A stretch of DNA of 64,000 nucleotides from positions 80,072-144,071 of the forward strand of contig JBHLMQ010000006.1 of the NCBI GenBank assembly GCA_048938005.1. Direction: 5' to 3'. This document shows, piece by piece, positions 28,672 to 38,801 of this stretch; position 1 is the first letter of the stretch; each line of letters begins with the position of its first letter. The notes beneath the pieces are model-generated. The model had not been told where the DNA came from and searched no databases. It saw only the letters and a program-made list of their open reading frames with translations. Source of the stretch: Promethearchaeota archaeon. Its GTDB lineage: Archaea > Asgardarchaeota > Lokiarchaeia > Sigyniarchaeales > SOKP01. The translations under genes were made by a program, and so were the position numbers.

Positions 28672-29928
28672 TTGAGAAAAGTAGCAATTATTGGAATAGG
28701 AATTACACCTTTTAAAGCAAGGTATTTAGATAAAACTTATTTTGAATTAGCTTATGATGCTACAAAATTAGCACTCGAAGACGCTAATAAAAACGGAGCA
28801 GAAATCATACACAAAGATCTCCAATCGACGGTTTATGGAATTTATAATGAGTTATTTGAGCGACAATTTATGCCGGATATCTTTACAAATTCATATTTAG
28901 GTATGAATAATAAACCGGGAACCAGAGTTGCCACAGGAGGCGCTACAGGAGGATATACAGTTCGAATGGCTTATGCTGAAGTAGCTTCTGGATTGTCTGA
29001 TTTATGTCTTTGTATCGGTCTTGAAAAATGTAATGATTGTTATGATGAACAGACAGGAACTACCACCCCTGAAGTTCTTAATGCTATTGCTTACTCTTCA
29101 GATATGACTTATGAGTACCCAATGGGTATGATGGCAGCAAGCTCTTATGTATCGATGGTAAATGCACATTATGAAGAATTTGGCAATCCTACCGAAGAAC
29201 AAATGGCGTATGTGAGTGTGAAAAATCATGGTAATGCAATGCTAAATCCTAAAGCCCAATCTCCAATGAAGCTGACTATTGAAGATGTGATATACTCAAG
29301 AATTATTTGTTATCCGTTTAAAATGTTGGATTGTTGTCTCTATTCTGAAGCATCTGCAGCATTAATTCTAGCCAATGAAGAAAAAGTTAGAGAATTAGGA
29401 GTTGAGAATCCAATATGGATTACAGGAGTTGCAGCTGCGAACACAGATTGCTTCATTGGTAATCGAGAAAGTGTAGGGAGGCTATATTCTAATATTTACG
29501 CAGCAAAAGTAGCATATAAAATGGCAGGTCTTGATTATAATAAAATTAAGGAACAAATTGATGTTGCAGAATTACATGATGCCTTTAGTGGACAAGAAGT
29601 AATTTCTTATGAGGAACTAGGATTTGTACCATTTGGAGAGGGTGGTCCATGGATTGAAAACTCTTTTGAAAAGCCCGGTGAAGGCCCTTGGTTGGAAGGA
29701 GAATTACCATGTTGTCCTTCAGGAGGATTAATTGGTTGTGGACATGCCGTTGGGGCTACAGGAATCATGTCAACTGGTGAAGCGGCACTTCAACTAAGAG
29801 GCAAAGCAGGCAAACATCAAGTATCCATTGAAAAGGGCAGAGCAATATCTCATTCTATAGGGGGTCCTGGAGCAGCGTATGCTGCTGTTATTGTAATGAC
29901 AAATGAGGAGGGGTTGAAAAAGCCATGA
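28672..29928 (+). CDS. SCP2-type thiolase-fold protein lacking the nucleophilic Cys
   Basis: VKNH, ELHDAF, GHAVGATG; RVATGGATGG in place of xxACASG. Confidence 0.88.
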   Translation: MRKVAIIGIGITPFKARYLDKTYFELAYDATKLALEDANKNGAEIIHKDLQSTVYGIYNELFERQFMPDIFTNSYLGMNNKPGTRVATGGATGGYTVRMAYAEVASGLSDLCLCIGLEKCNDCYDEQTGTTTPEVLNAIAYSSDMTYEYPMGMMAASSYVSMVNAHYEEFGNPTEEQMAYVSVKNHGNAMLNPKAQSPMKLTIEDVIYSRIICYPFKMLDCCLYSEASAALILANEEKVRELGVENPIWITGVAAANTDCFIGNRESVGRLYSNIYAAKVAYKMAGLDYNKIKEQIDVAELHDAFSGQEVISYEELGFVPFGEGGPWIENSFEKPGEGPWLEGELPCCPSGGLIGCGHAVGATGIMSTGEAALQLRGKAGKHQVSIEKGRAISHSIGGPGAAYAAVIVMTNEEGLKKP

Positions 29929-30419
29929 GTGAAAAATTTGAAGCACATGAAATAAGAGATAAAATTGTCATAAATTATAAATATACAATGGGTGGACATT
30001 CCAAATTTTTCATTGAGTTAATGAATAATAAAAAAATTTTAGCAACAAAATGTAAGAAATGCGGTAAAGTATGGATGCCTCCAAGAATTAATTGTTCCGA
30101 TTGCTTCGAAGACACTGAATGGATAGAATTAAAACCTGAAGGTGAAATTTTGGTCAGCACGATTGCTTGGTTTACAACCTCCGCTTTTATTCAAAATGTA
30201 CCCTATGCAATGGGTTTCATTAAGTTGAAAGGTGCCGACACTGGAATGCTCCAAGGTATCTTTTCGGAAAATTTAGTTCCTATTAAAATTAAAAAAGGGA
30301 AGAAAGTTAAGGCAGTATTCAATAAGAATAGAGAAGGAATTATGACTGATTTCTTTTTCGTACCAGAAGAAGAATATGAGAGCTGGATTAATAAACCAGA
30401 GTTCGAGGGAGGTGGATAA
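29925..30419 (+). CDS. DUF35 Zn-ribbon/OB-fold protein
   Basis: CKKC...PPRINCSDC, PYAMGFIKLKGAD; ATGA overlap with the upstream gene. Confidence 0.93.
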   Translation: MSEKFEAHEIRDKIVINYKYTMGGHSKFFIELMNNKKILATKCKKCGKVWMPPRINCSDCFEDTEWIELKPEGEILVSTIAWFTTSAFIQNVPYAMGFIKLKGADTGMLQGIFSENLVPIKIKKGKKVKAVFNKNREGIMTDFFFVPEEEYESWINKPEFEGGG

Positions 30420-30422
30420 AAA

Positions 30423-30794
30423 ATGGATACTGTAAAAGATAATTTAAAAAAAATACTTTTAGGAATGGAAGATAATTTAAAAGTAGAGGACATGTTTACC
30501 ACTAATGTTGGTGGAAAAGACGTTGCTTGGGATAAGATATTCCAATTCAACTTGGATAATGAGGATCCATTCTTTTTAGTAATTAAAGACAAAAAAGTGA
30601 AAATTACAGATGGCACAGTCTTAGATCCCGATGTTATATTAACAGGTGATCCAAATTCGATAGTAAACATATGCAATGGGAAGGGAGACTTTACTCATGC
30701 TATTTCTAGAGAAGAGATAAAAGTAGCAGAAGGTAAAGTAATGGATGTCATCCGACTTACTAAAGCTATAACAATTGTTTTAAAAACTAAATAA
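30423..30794 (+). CDS. SCP2 sterol/lipid-binding domain protein
   Basis: FQFNL...DGTVLDPDVIL...AISREEIKVAEG. Confidence 0.8.
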   Translation: MDTVKDNLKKILLGMEDNLKVEDMFTTNVGGKDVAWDKIFQFNLDNEDPFFLVIKDKKVKITDGTVLDPDVILTGDPNSIVNICNGKGDFTHAISREEIKVAEGKVMDVIRLTKAITIVLKTK

Positions 30795-31076
30795 TTTTTT
30801 TTTACAATTTTTTAATTGCTCATTTGTTATCAAACCTGTAAATTCAGAATAGGTGTGATAGGTTCACTATCTGATTACTTTATTTTATCTTCTCAAGAGT
30901 TTTTTATCTCATCTTGTTAGTTTGTAATATAAGTTCTATGATTAAAAATTATCTATATTTTCGACTAAAGAATAGAAATATTTATATATTTACCTATGAA
31001 ATATATCCACACTAGAATTTATCCAAAAATAATTTTTTTATTTATATAATTTAATTAAAATTTGAGGTTATTATAA

Positions 31077-31898
31077 ATGAGAAGAGAAATAGCTGTAATA
31101 GGGATGATAGTTTGCGTAGCAGGAGGATTACTAGGGGGATGGTTTATACCTTCACCTATTACTGCACCATCGTCAAGATTAGTAGATCTAATAAAACAAC
31201 GAGGTAAACTGATTGTTGGAACTAGTGCTGATTACCCTCCCTTCGAATTTTGGAACTTAACTAAAATACCAAATGAGATTGAAGGTTTTGATATTGACTT
31301 AAGTCAGTTGATTGCTGATGCACTTGGCGTTACTCTTGAAATGACTGACATTAGTTTTGATGCCTTGATTGGGAGTTGTCAAGCAGGCACAATCGACATG
31401 ATTGCGGCTGCAATGACCTACGATCCTACGACAGAAGTAGGACAACAACGCGCAAAACAACTTGCACCTTCTATACCTTATATTAGTGTAGCTCAGGTTG
31501 TCATCGTAGTGGATTCTTCACCACTCACAACAATTGATAGTTTAGATAATCTTACTGGATCGGGATTGAATATTGGCTGCCAATCGGGTACTGTAATGCA
31601 AGCTGAATTGGCTCTTATATCCGGTATTACTGTCACAGCATTTTCTAGTGCTATCTTGCTTATTCAAGATCTAGTCAGTGGTACGGGTATAGACGCAGCA
31701 TATGTAGATGAACCAATTTTTGACGCGTGGAATGCTACATATAGCCTTAGGGTCATCTTAACAACGGGAACTGATCCTCTATCACTATGGTGCAGACATG
31801 AGAATCCAGACTTGTTGTACATAATTAACACAGCCATCCTTGATGCATCTGTACCGAATGGAACACTGTTTGAAATAATAGACAAGTGGTTTGGATAA
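31077..31898 (+). CDS. Polar amino-acid ABC transporter substrate-binding protein
   Basis: GTSADYPPFE, GFDIDL, IIDKWFG; N-terminal membrane anchor. Confidence 0.93.
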   Translation: MRREIAVIGMIVCVAGGLLGGWFIPSPITAPSSRLVDLIKQRGKLIVGTSADYPPFEFWNLTKIPNEIEGFDIDLSQLIADALGVTLEMTDISFDALIGSCQAGTIDMIAAAMTYDPTTEVGQQRAKQLAPSIPYISVAQVVIVVDSSPLTTIDSLDNLTGSGLNIGCQSGTVMQAELALISGITVTAFSSAILLIQDLVSGTGIDAAYVDEPIFDAWNATYSLRVILTTGTDPLSLWCRHENPDLLYIINTAILDASVPNGTLFEIIDKWFG

Positions 31899-31903
31899 GC
31901 TAT

Positions 31904-31954
31904 GTTCTAATCCTCCCTGAAATAATTTTTCATATTTCAGTAAGAGGATAGGAC
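31904..31954 (+). terminator. Imperfect stem-loop immediately after the substrate-binding gene
   Basis: GTTCTAATCCTC-C-CTGAAATA...TATTTCAG-TAA-GAGGATAGGAC arms can pair. Confidence 0.5.
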
Positions 31955-32152
31955 GTAATTATACTATTCACAGCATTTGGTCTATTGATGAGATCTATAC
32001 AGGTTATATCAAAGACTAATTTTTTTTTTTTTATATTCATAAATATTAAAAAAACTATAACTATTAATTTAACCAAACAAGGTTTTTCTTATAAGACTAT
32101 GTTTAATACTCAAAAATTATAAAGAAAAAATTTTCATTATTAGGTAACAACC

Positions 32153-33247
32153 ATGTTGTTTCAAGCTGAATTAGAATTTACCCGGTTATTTATAGGAATA
32201 GTCATTTCTATTATTATTTTTGCATTTGGTATTTTCGGCATGAGATGGTATGCAAGGAAAAAATATAGATCTTCTGATGAAGTATGGGATACTTCTCTCA
32301 AGACGGCGTTTGTAGTAAATACAATTTGGCTGATAATAGATATTCCCATTATTATTCTGTTTAGTTTCCTGTTTACTGAAAACCTACTTCTTTATCTTAT
32401 AATACAATTTTATAAATATATTATAATTGATCTCTTTATTGGTACTTTAGCTGTTACTAAATTTTATAAAAAAAAACTAGCAGAAGCATTTGATTTTGTT
32501 ATAATCGTTCAGCTCACACTTTTTGTCATATCTATTATTTTAATAATAACTTTCACTTCAATCCCTAATTTTTTATATATACCATTAATTTTTAGATATA
32601 TTGTGACAATAGGATTGCCCTATACAATGCTTTTAACTGCTCTAGGTCTATTATGTGGATTTGGATTGGGTATATTGCTAGCAATTATGCGTGTTTACGG
32701 GGGTATAGAGCTCAAATGGTTTTCAAGTGGATACGAAAAATTATTCCGTGGTATTCCACTTCTGGTTCTGATTTATATCTTTGTTTTTGGAATGCCGGGC
32801 TTATTTTGGTATTTAGCACCACTTGATGCAAGGCTTGCTAGTGTAGTTTTAGCACTTGCACTTCGTAGTGGTGCCTACCAGTCTCAGATCTTTCGCGGGG
32901 CTATCTTGTCCGTGAATCCTGGACAGATGGAAGCAGCTCGTGCATTGGGTATGAAAGGTTTCCAAGCTTTCCGACACGTTGTAATGCCTCAAGCCTTAAG
33001 GTTAGCTGTACCCAGCTGGTCCAATGAATATGCGGTGGTTATTAAAGATTCATCCTTCGCTTCTGCAATTGGAATTATTGATATGACACAAGTGGCTTAT
33101 CTTTTTTCTCTAGGTTACCATGAGCTCTGGGCTTTATCGTATGGCGTTCTCGCTGTCCTATACTTACTGTTTACTTATCCAGTAACTAAAGTGTTTGGTG
33201 AACGACAATCTAAAAAACTTAAGAATTTAGGAATGGGAGGTGGTTAG
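32153..33247 (+). CDS. Amino-acid ABC permease (HisM/GlnP type) with extra N-terminal membrane domain
   Basis: FRGIPLLV, SGAYQSQIFRG, GQMEAARALGM (EAA loop), KDSS. Confidence 0.92.
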   Translation: MLFQAELEFTRLFIGIVISIIIFAFGIFGMRWYARKKYRSSDEVWDTSLKTAFVVNTIWLIIDIPIIILFSFLFTENLLLYLIIQFYKYIIIDLFIGTLAVTKFYKKKLAEAFDFVIIVQLTLFVISIILIITFTSIPNFLYIPLIFRYIVTIGLPYTMLLTALGLLCGFGLGILLAIMRVYGGIELKWFSSGYEKLFRGIPLLVLIYIFVFGMPGLFWYLAPLDARLASVVLALALRSGAYQSQIFRGAILSVNPGQMEAARALGMKGFQAFRHVVMPQALRLAVPSWSNEYAVVIKDSSFASAIGIIDMTQVAYLFSLGYHELWALSYGVLAVLYLLFTYPVTKVFGERQSKKLKNLGMGGG

Positions 33248-33261
33248 AAATAGTTGAATCT

Positions 33262-34041
33262 ATGCTACGTGTATTAGATGTGTGGAAATCATATGAAGAT
33301 TTGCAGGTCCTTAAGGGAGTCTCATTCGAGTTAGCAGAGAGAGAGGTTAAAGTTATCTTTGGACCGAGTGGTTCTGGAAAAAGCACACTTCTCCGTTGTA
33401 TTAATATGCTGAATCCACCAGATAAAGGTCAAGTATATCTCCGCGGACAGGACATTACAGTTCCTGGAGTCGATATTAATGCGGTGCGGACTAGAATTGG
33501 TATGGTGTTCCAACATTTCAATCTATTTGCTCACCTTAAAGCAATAGATAATGTTAGTATTGGTCTTCGTAGAGTTAAAGGTCTATCAAAGGAATTAGCA
33601 CACCAGAAAGCGCTTGAGGTCTTACATCGTGTCAAAATGGCAGAGTGGGCTGATCATTATCCCGCAGAACTGTCTGGGGGTCAACAACAACGTATAGGTA
33701 TTGCACGTGCCTTAGCCATGGAGCCGGATGTGATTTTATTTGATGAACCAACCTCTGCTTTAGATCCTGAATTGATCGGTGAAGTGCTTCAAGTAATGTT
33801 AGAGATTGCTAAAGCTGGAACCACAATGATAGTTGTTACTCACGAAATGGGATTCGCTAAAGCTGTCGCATCAGAAATGATTTTTCTTGATGATGGAATA
33901 GTCATTGAACGTGGAACTCCAAAACATTTCTTTGTTTCGCCTAAATCTGAACGCGTGAAGCACTTCCTCAAACAAATTAATGTTTTATATGGAACTCATG
34001 AAGAACTTCTAAAGTTATCTAACGAGGAGGAAAGTAAGTGA
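33262..34041 (+). CDS. Amino-acid ABC ATPase (GlnQ type); possible ATA start at 33250
   Basis: GPSGSGKST, LSGGQQQR, LFDEPTSALD, VTHEMGF. Confidence 0.95.
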   Translation: MLRVLDVWKSYEDLQVLKGVSFELAEREVKVIFGPSGSGKSTLLRCINMLNPPDKGQVYLRGQDITVPGVDINAVRTRIGMVFQHFNLFAHLKAIDNVSIGLRRVKGLSKELAHQKALEVLHRVKMAEWADHYPAELSGGQQQRIGIARALAMEPDVILFDEPTSALDPELIGEVLQVMLEIAKAGTTMIVVTHEMGFAKAVASEMIFLDDGIVIERGTPKHFFVSPKSERVKHFLKQINVLYGTHEELLKLSNEEESK

Positions 34042-34856
34042 AAATCTTATCCAAGATTATAATAATTTTTTCGGTACTTTCCATTACAGTTTTATTATTT
34101 TGGGTATTTTGTAGCGTACTTGAATTGGACTTTTGTATCGACTTCTATTCTATATTATATTATTGGGATCATATTTTCTCAGGATTTTTGTTGACAATGT
34201 GGTTGTATGGATGGGCGCTTATAATGGGCTTTTTCCTTGGTCTTATGCTGGCAATTCTCCGCCAATATGGAGGTCCAATTCTTTCACGAGTTGCTACGGG
34301 ATATATCGAAATTATGCGTGGTACTCCTTTGCTTGTACAATTACTATTTTTATACTTTCTCCCTTCTAGTCTAAATATCCCTGTTGGGGATTGGAGTTTA
34401 GAGGCCAGCTTCAGAATGCTAGATAGAGATATCACTATCATCCTCTTGAACCACCGAACTTTAATTGGTCTCCTTACGCTAGGTCTTAATAGTGCTGCCT
34501 ATCAAGCAGAATACCTTCGTGGGGCAATATTGTCTGTTGGTAGTGATCAATTAATGGCTGCACAATCGTTAGGTATGTCTCGTTTAGCTGGTATTCGGCA
34601 TGTCGTATTACCGCAAGCTCTCCGTCGGGTTATCCCTGCTTGGTCTAATGAAGCTGCTTATCTTCCGAAGTATACTATTGTTGTTTATTTCATTGGAGTG
34701 CAGGATCTTTTTGCCGAATCACACTATACAGTTGCATTTACATTTCTACCACTTGCTACATATGCCCTTACCGCTATCATCTTTTTAGTTATAATTACTA
34801 TCATCTCCAAGGTATTGGATACTATTCACAAACGGACAATGATTCCCGGCTTATAG
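34038..34856 (+). CDS. Amino-acid ABC permease
   Basis: MRGTPLLVQL, NSAAYQAEYLRG, QLMAAQSLGM. Confidence 0.92.
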   Translation: MKILSKIIIIFSVLSITVLLFWVFCSVLELDFCIDFYSILYYWDHIFSGFLLTMWLYGWALIMGFFLGLMLAILRQYGGPILSRVATGYIEIMRGTPLLVQLLFLYFLPSSLNIPVGDWSLEASFRMLDRDITIILLNHRTLIGLLTLGLNSAAYQAEYLRGAILSVGSDQLMAAQSLGMSRLAGIRHVVLPQALRRVIPAWSNEAAYLPKYTIVVYFIGVQDLFAESHYTVAFTFLPLATYALTAIIFLVIITIISKVLDTIHKRTMIPGL

Positions 34857-34963
34857 TCTTTCAAAATATAACCGAAATTTATATTTATCTTTTTTAATTC
34901 TTTTTAAATACTTCTGATAATTCGATATCTGAATTTTTTTTTAATAAAATAATTCATTTAAAA

Positions 34964-35804
34964 ATGAAATCAAAAATTTATGTAATTAAAAGAGAATCAC
35001 GTGAAGCTACTCAAGCGTTAGTTTTGAGAACCCTAAAATTGATATCTTTAAAAGATATTATCAATAATTTAGAGGAAAAGATCTTAATAAATCCAAATTG
35101 GTTAGCCCTAGATCATTTTAGTACCGGAAACATAACTTCAAAGGACACATTAGAAGGAATTATTCTTTACCTCATAAAAGAGGCTAATGTAGAGCCAAAA
35201 AAGATTATTGTTGCTGATGGTGGTTCCTTTGGAGTATTGGATAAAATTTTTTGAATTAAATGAGATTAATCGATTGGAGGAATATGGAATTAAAATTAAG
35301 AACTTGAACGGTGATGAATTTAAAAAAAATATCAAAATCGACAATTCTCTTTCATTAAAAAGTGTAAATATCGCAAGAACGGCTTTAGACGCGAGTTGCA
35401 TTATTTCGGTTCCCTCATTAAAAACACATAATATGGCTAAAACAACATTAAGTATGAAAAATATGATGGGGACTATTATGCCTAAAAGTATAATGCATTC
35501 TAACATCCATAAAAAAATAGCAGATTTAGTCTCTATATTGCGGCCTAAAATGAAATTTCAAGTTATTGATGGAATTATTGGCTCAAATGGATGGGAATTA
35601 GGAGGAAAGCCAATTCAAATGGATCTAATTATTGCTGGAGAAGATCCTGTAGTTGTTGATAGAGTAAGGAGTGCTATAATGGGATATGGGATGGATAAAG
35701 TGAAATATTTGAAATATGGTGAGCAGAAAGGACTTGGTACAGCAAATTTAGACAATATTGAAATAATAGGAAAAACCATAGATGAAGTTCATCATAAGTT
35801 TTAG
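34964..35804 (+). pseudogene. DUF362 family Fe-S protein split by a one-base frameshift in a T6 run (35247-35252)
   Basis: First frame KILINPNW...IIVADG...KIF*; second frame FELNE...ISVPSLKTH...LSMKNMMG...VIDGIIG; removing one T fuses the two. Confidence 0.8.
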
Positions 35805-35877
35805 TTTTTTCTTTAACCTCTTGTTATATAATTTTTATAATACTTTTTTATTTTTATGAAACATTATAGAGATTTAA

Positions 35878-36951
35878 TTGATTATTGATAAAGTCTTGAT
35901 TAAATTGAGAATTGTTGATTTACGTTCTGATACCGTAACAAAACCATCTCCCGAAATGTGGGAAGCATTAAAATCGCTAGATAATTCTAAATTAGGTGAT
36001 GATGTTGAAAGAGAAGACCCTACTGTAAATGAGTTAGAAGAAAAATCTGCAAAGATTGTTGGAAAAGAATCTGCTCTCTTTGTAACTTCTGGTACTCAAG
36101 GCAATCTTATATCATTACTATCTCAAACTAATCCAGGAGATCAAATTATGGTTGAAAAACTTAGCCATATTATTGGACATGAGGTTGGAAGTGCTGCTAG
36201 GATTGGTGGATTGACGATTTATTCATATCCTTCTGATAAAGGTGTTCCTGATTTAGATGAACTTCAAGAAATGATCACAGATCGAGAAGATATACATGAA
36301 CCCCCAACAAGCCTTTTATGTGCTGAGGATACCCATAATTTTCATGGAGGTATAATAATTGAACCAGAAGAATTGAGGAAAATGATGCAATTTTCTGAAA
36401 AAAATGACTTAAGATTTCATCTTGATGGAGCAAGAATATTTAATGCTTCTGTAGCTCTTAATAAACCTGTTACGGATTTTACTCAATATGTTGATAGTGT
36501 GATGTTTTGTTTATCAAAAGGGCTCTCATGTCCAGTTGGTTCTATTGTTGCCGGATCTCATGACTTTATTGAAAAAGCTAGGAGATACCGTAAAATGTTA
36601 GGTGGTGGAATGAGACAAGCAGGAGTCATTGCATGTTTTGGTTTAGTTGCTCTTGACACTAATTGGATAAAACGGTTAGCAGAAGATCATAAAAACGCAA
36701 AGCTACTTGCTGAAGGAATAGAAGGATATAAATTATCTATTCAAGTTCAAATTCCAGAAACAAATATCTTTTGGGTAAGTTTCCCAAAAAATGCTCCAAT
36801 GGACAAAATAATGGCTGAATTTTATCAAAATGGCATTAAAGTTTACAATTTCAATTATAATGTTCGTTTTGTTACACATTATGGAATAAATGAAGAAGAT
36901 ATCCGATATAGTATAGAAAAGATTGAACAAATTTTAAAGAAGTTTTTATAA
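35878..36951 (+). CDS. ltaE: Low-specificity L-threonine aldolase (PLP); start uncertain
   Basis: DLRSDTVT, SGTQGN, HLDGARIFNA, CLSKGL, LGGGMRQ. Confidence 0.95.
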   Translation: MIIDKVLIKLRIVDLRSDTVTKPSPEMWEALKSLDNSKLGDDVEREDPTVNELEEKSAKIVGKESALFVTSGTQGNLISLLSQTNPGDQIMVEKLSHIIGHEVGSAARIGGLTIYSYPSDKGVPDLDELQEMITDREDIHEPPTSLLCAEDTHNFHGGIIIEPEELRKMMQFSEKNDLRFHLDGARIFNASVALNKPVTDFTQYVDSVMFCLSKGLSCPVGSIVAGSHDFIEKARRYRKMLGGGMRQAGVIACFGLVALDTNWIKRLAEDHKNAKLLAEGIEGYKLSIQVQIPETNIFWVSFPKNAPMDKIMAEFYQNGIKVYNFNYNVRFVTHYGINEEDIRYSIEKIEQILKKFL

Positions 36952-37001
36952 TAATTTTCACAAAAAATTTTAGATCAATAAAAAAGAAAAAATTTATTTG
37001 T

Positions 37002-37532
37002 TTAATCTTTACGTAAATCCAAGTCTTTAGCATCATCTTCAATTGCATCATAGTATTCAATATCCATCATTCCACCCTTAATATCTTCTGCCCAATGAAC
37101 TTTTATTGGCATCCCTATATAAGTTTCCTTAAATTCAACATTGGGATCTAATTGTGAGGGGTAAGATGTATCTGCTCCATCTAATTGCGCACAAACTATA
37201 GGTCTTTCTATAACTTCACCAGTCTCAGGATCTTTTAAATAACTTACAGTATATGAAGCTACTCTTCCAGTTTCACGCAAATCTACCCATCTATCAGGTT
37301 TAACGAGACATTTACCACAGATTTGGCGAGGTGGAAAATATATTCGATTGCAACTACTACATTGTAAGCCTATTAACTTTTTTTGTTTTAGCTTATCCAG
37401 AAATGGTTTCATATGAGTGATATTAAATTTAAATTTATAATTGGACAAATACCAACTTGCTGGCATAGTTCTTGTTCTAATATATTCTTTTTTAACATAA
37501 TCCATTGTTTTTCTTAATATTCTTTTAGACAT
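37002..37532 (-). CDS. DUF35 Zn-ribbon/OB-fold protein
   Basis: CSSC...PPRQICGKC, LDGADT, IGMPIKVHW. Confidence 0.93.
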   Translation of the reverse strand: MSKRILRKTMDYVKKEYIRTRTMPASWYLSNYKFKFNITHMKPFLDKLKQKKLIGLQCSSCNRIYFPPRQICGKCLVKPDRWVDLRETGRVASYTVSYLKDPETGEVIERPIVCAQLDGADTSYPSQLDPNVEFKETYIGMPIKVHWAEDIKGGMMDIEYYDAIEDDAKDLDLRKD

Positions 37533-37551
37533 TTTATATTACCTCCATTTT

Positions 37552-38799
37552 TTATTTAATTTTTCTAACTGGTTCATCAGCCATAACCATCATTGTAACC
37601 AAATTAACCCAACCACCCCATCCATGACCAATTGCGGTATGAACTGTCTTTGGAACTTGATTGCTTGCTTTCCCCATAATCTGTAAAGCTGCCTCTGCAG
37701 GCCTTTCCATTGCTGCTGCTCCTATAGCGTTTGTGGAATTAACACCTCCAGAACAACATATTGGTAATTCACCATTTAACGCAGTTACTCCAGTTTCATA
37801 CATTTCTGAAGCTTTATTTTCTTCGAACAGACCCAATTTTTCAACCCACATAAGCTCTTGGTTAGGAAATGGTGAATACACCTCAGCATAATCAATTTCT
37901 TTTCTTGGAAAAGAAACACCCGCTTGTTTAAACGCTAATTCAGAAGTTTTTTGAGCACCTAATTGTTCAGAAAGGTCTAATTGTCCTGATCCACTTCCGT
38001 TAAAACCAAGAAGGGCTGTTTCAGTTGCTATACTGCCTACTCCATTTACATAAACAGGAATTTCACATAAATCTTTAGCTTTTTCCTCAGTCGTAAATAA
38101 CATTGCACAAGCTCCATCGGATGCTGGGCATACCATTCCATACCTTAGGGGGTATGAAATATAGGGAGTATCTAAAACATCTTCAATTGTAAGATCTGGC
38201 ATTTTAAGGTGAGCCCACCATGTTTTTGCGGCATTATGTCTATTCTGAACGACGACTCTAGCTAAGTCTTCTTCTGTAATTTTACTTTTTCGCATATAAT
38301 TAGTAGCCTGATAAGAAGCAATTCCTATAGCCGCACCACCAGACAAAATAGTTGTCAATTGATCCAAAGGAATACCTAATGAATTCATTACAGAAATTTC
38401 ACCATATGCTACACTTGCAAGTCCCGTAGTTGTATTACCTTGAGATTGTTGTTCAAAAGCTACAGCTAATACTGTATCTATTCCAGGTAAACCAGCAGCA
38501 ACCGAATAATATCCTGCGATAGCTACAGAACCACCTGTAGTACCTCCTGTTGTGACTCTCATTAATGGTTTATTGCGAGCACCCAACCAATCTGTCATCC
38601 ATAGTTCAGGAATATTTGAACCTTCAAATGCTGGCATATTCCCATTTACAGAAGCATCAATATCTTTAATATCAAAACTTGGAATTTTTTTTAAGCAATC
38701 TTCTATCGCTTCATTTATCAATTCTGGCATGCTTACATCTGAACGTTTTGAAGCATGTTCACTGAACCCAGCACTTGCAACACATACTTGTCTTCCCAT
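37552..38799 (-). CDS. ltp3: Ltp3-like thiolase-fold retro-aldolase subunit
   Basis: KRSDVSMPEL, FEGSNIPELWMTDWLGARNKPLMRVTTGGTTGGS, AEVYSPF, STNAIGA resemble actinobacterial Ltp3 as I recall it; no nucleophilic Cys. Confidence 0.8.
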   Translation of the reverse strand: MGRQVCVASAGFSEHASKRSDVSMPELINEAIEDCLKKIPSFDIKDIDASVNGNMPAFEGSNIPELWMTDWLGARNKPLMRVTTGGTTGGSVAIAGYYSVAAGLPGIDTVLAVAFEQQSQGNTTTGLASVAYGEISVMNSLGIPLDQLTTILSGGAAIGIASYQATNYMRKSKITEEDLARVVVQNRHNAAKTWWAHLKMPDLTIEDVLDTPYISYPLRYGMVCPASDGACAMLFTTEEKAKDLCEIPVYVNGVGSIATETALLGFNGSGSGQLDLSEQLGAQKTSELAFKQAGVSFPRKEIDYAEVYSPFPNQELMWVEKLGLFEENKASEMYETGVTALNGELPICCSGGVNSTNAIGAAAMERPAEAALQIMGKASNQVPKTVHTAIGHGWGGWVNLVTMMVMADEPVRKIK

Positions 38800-38801
38800 T
38801 T

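Noticed and set aside
28672-30419. Mevalonate-pathway thiolase/DUF35/HMG-CoA synthase complex
   Set aside because: No HMG-CoA synthase is adjacent, and the nucleophilic Cys is absent.
35247-35263. Selenocysteine readthrough of the TGA in the DUF362 gene
   Set aside because: The frame stops again two codons later, and homology continues in the +1 frame.
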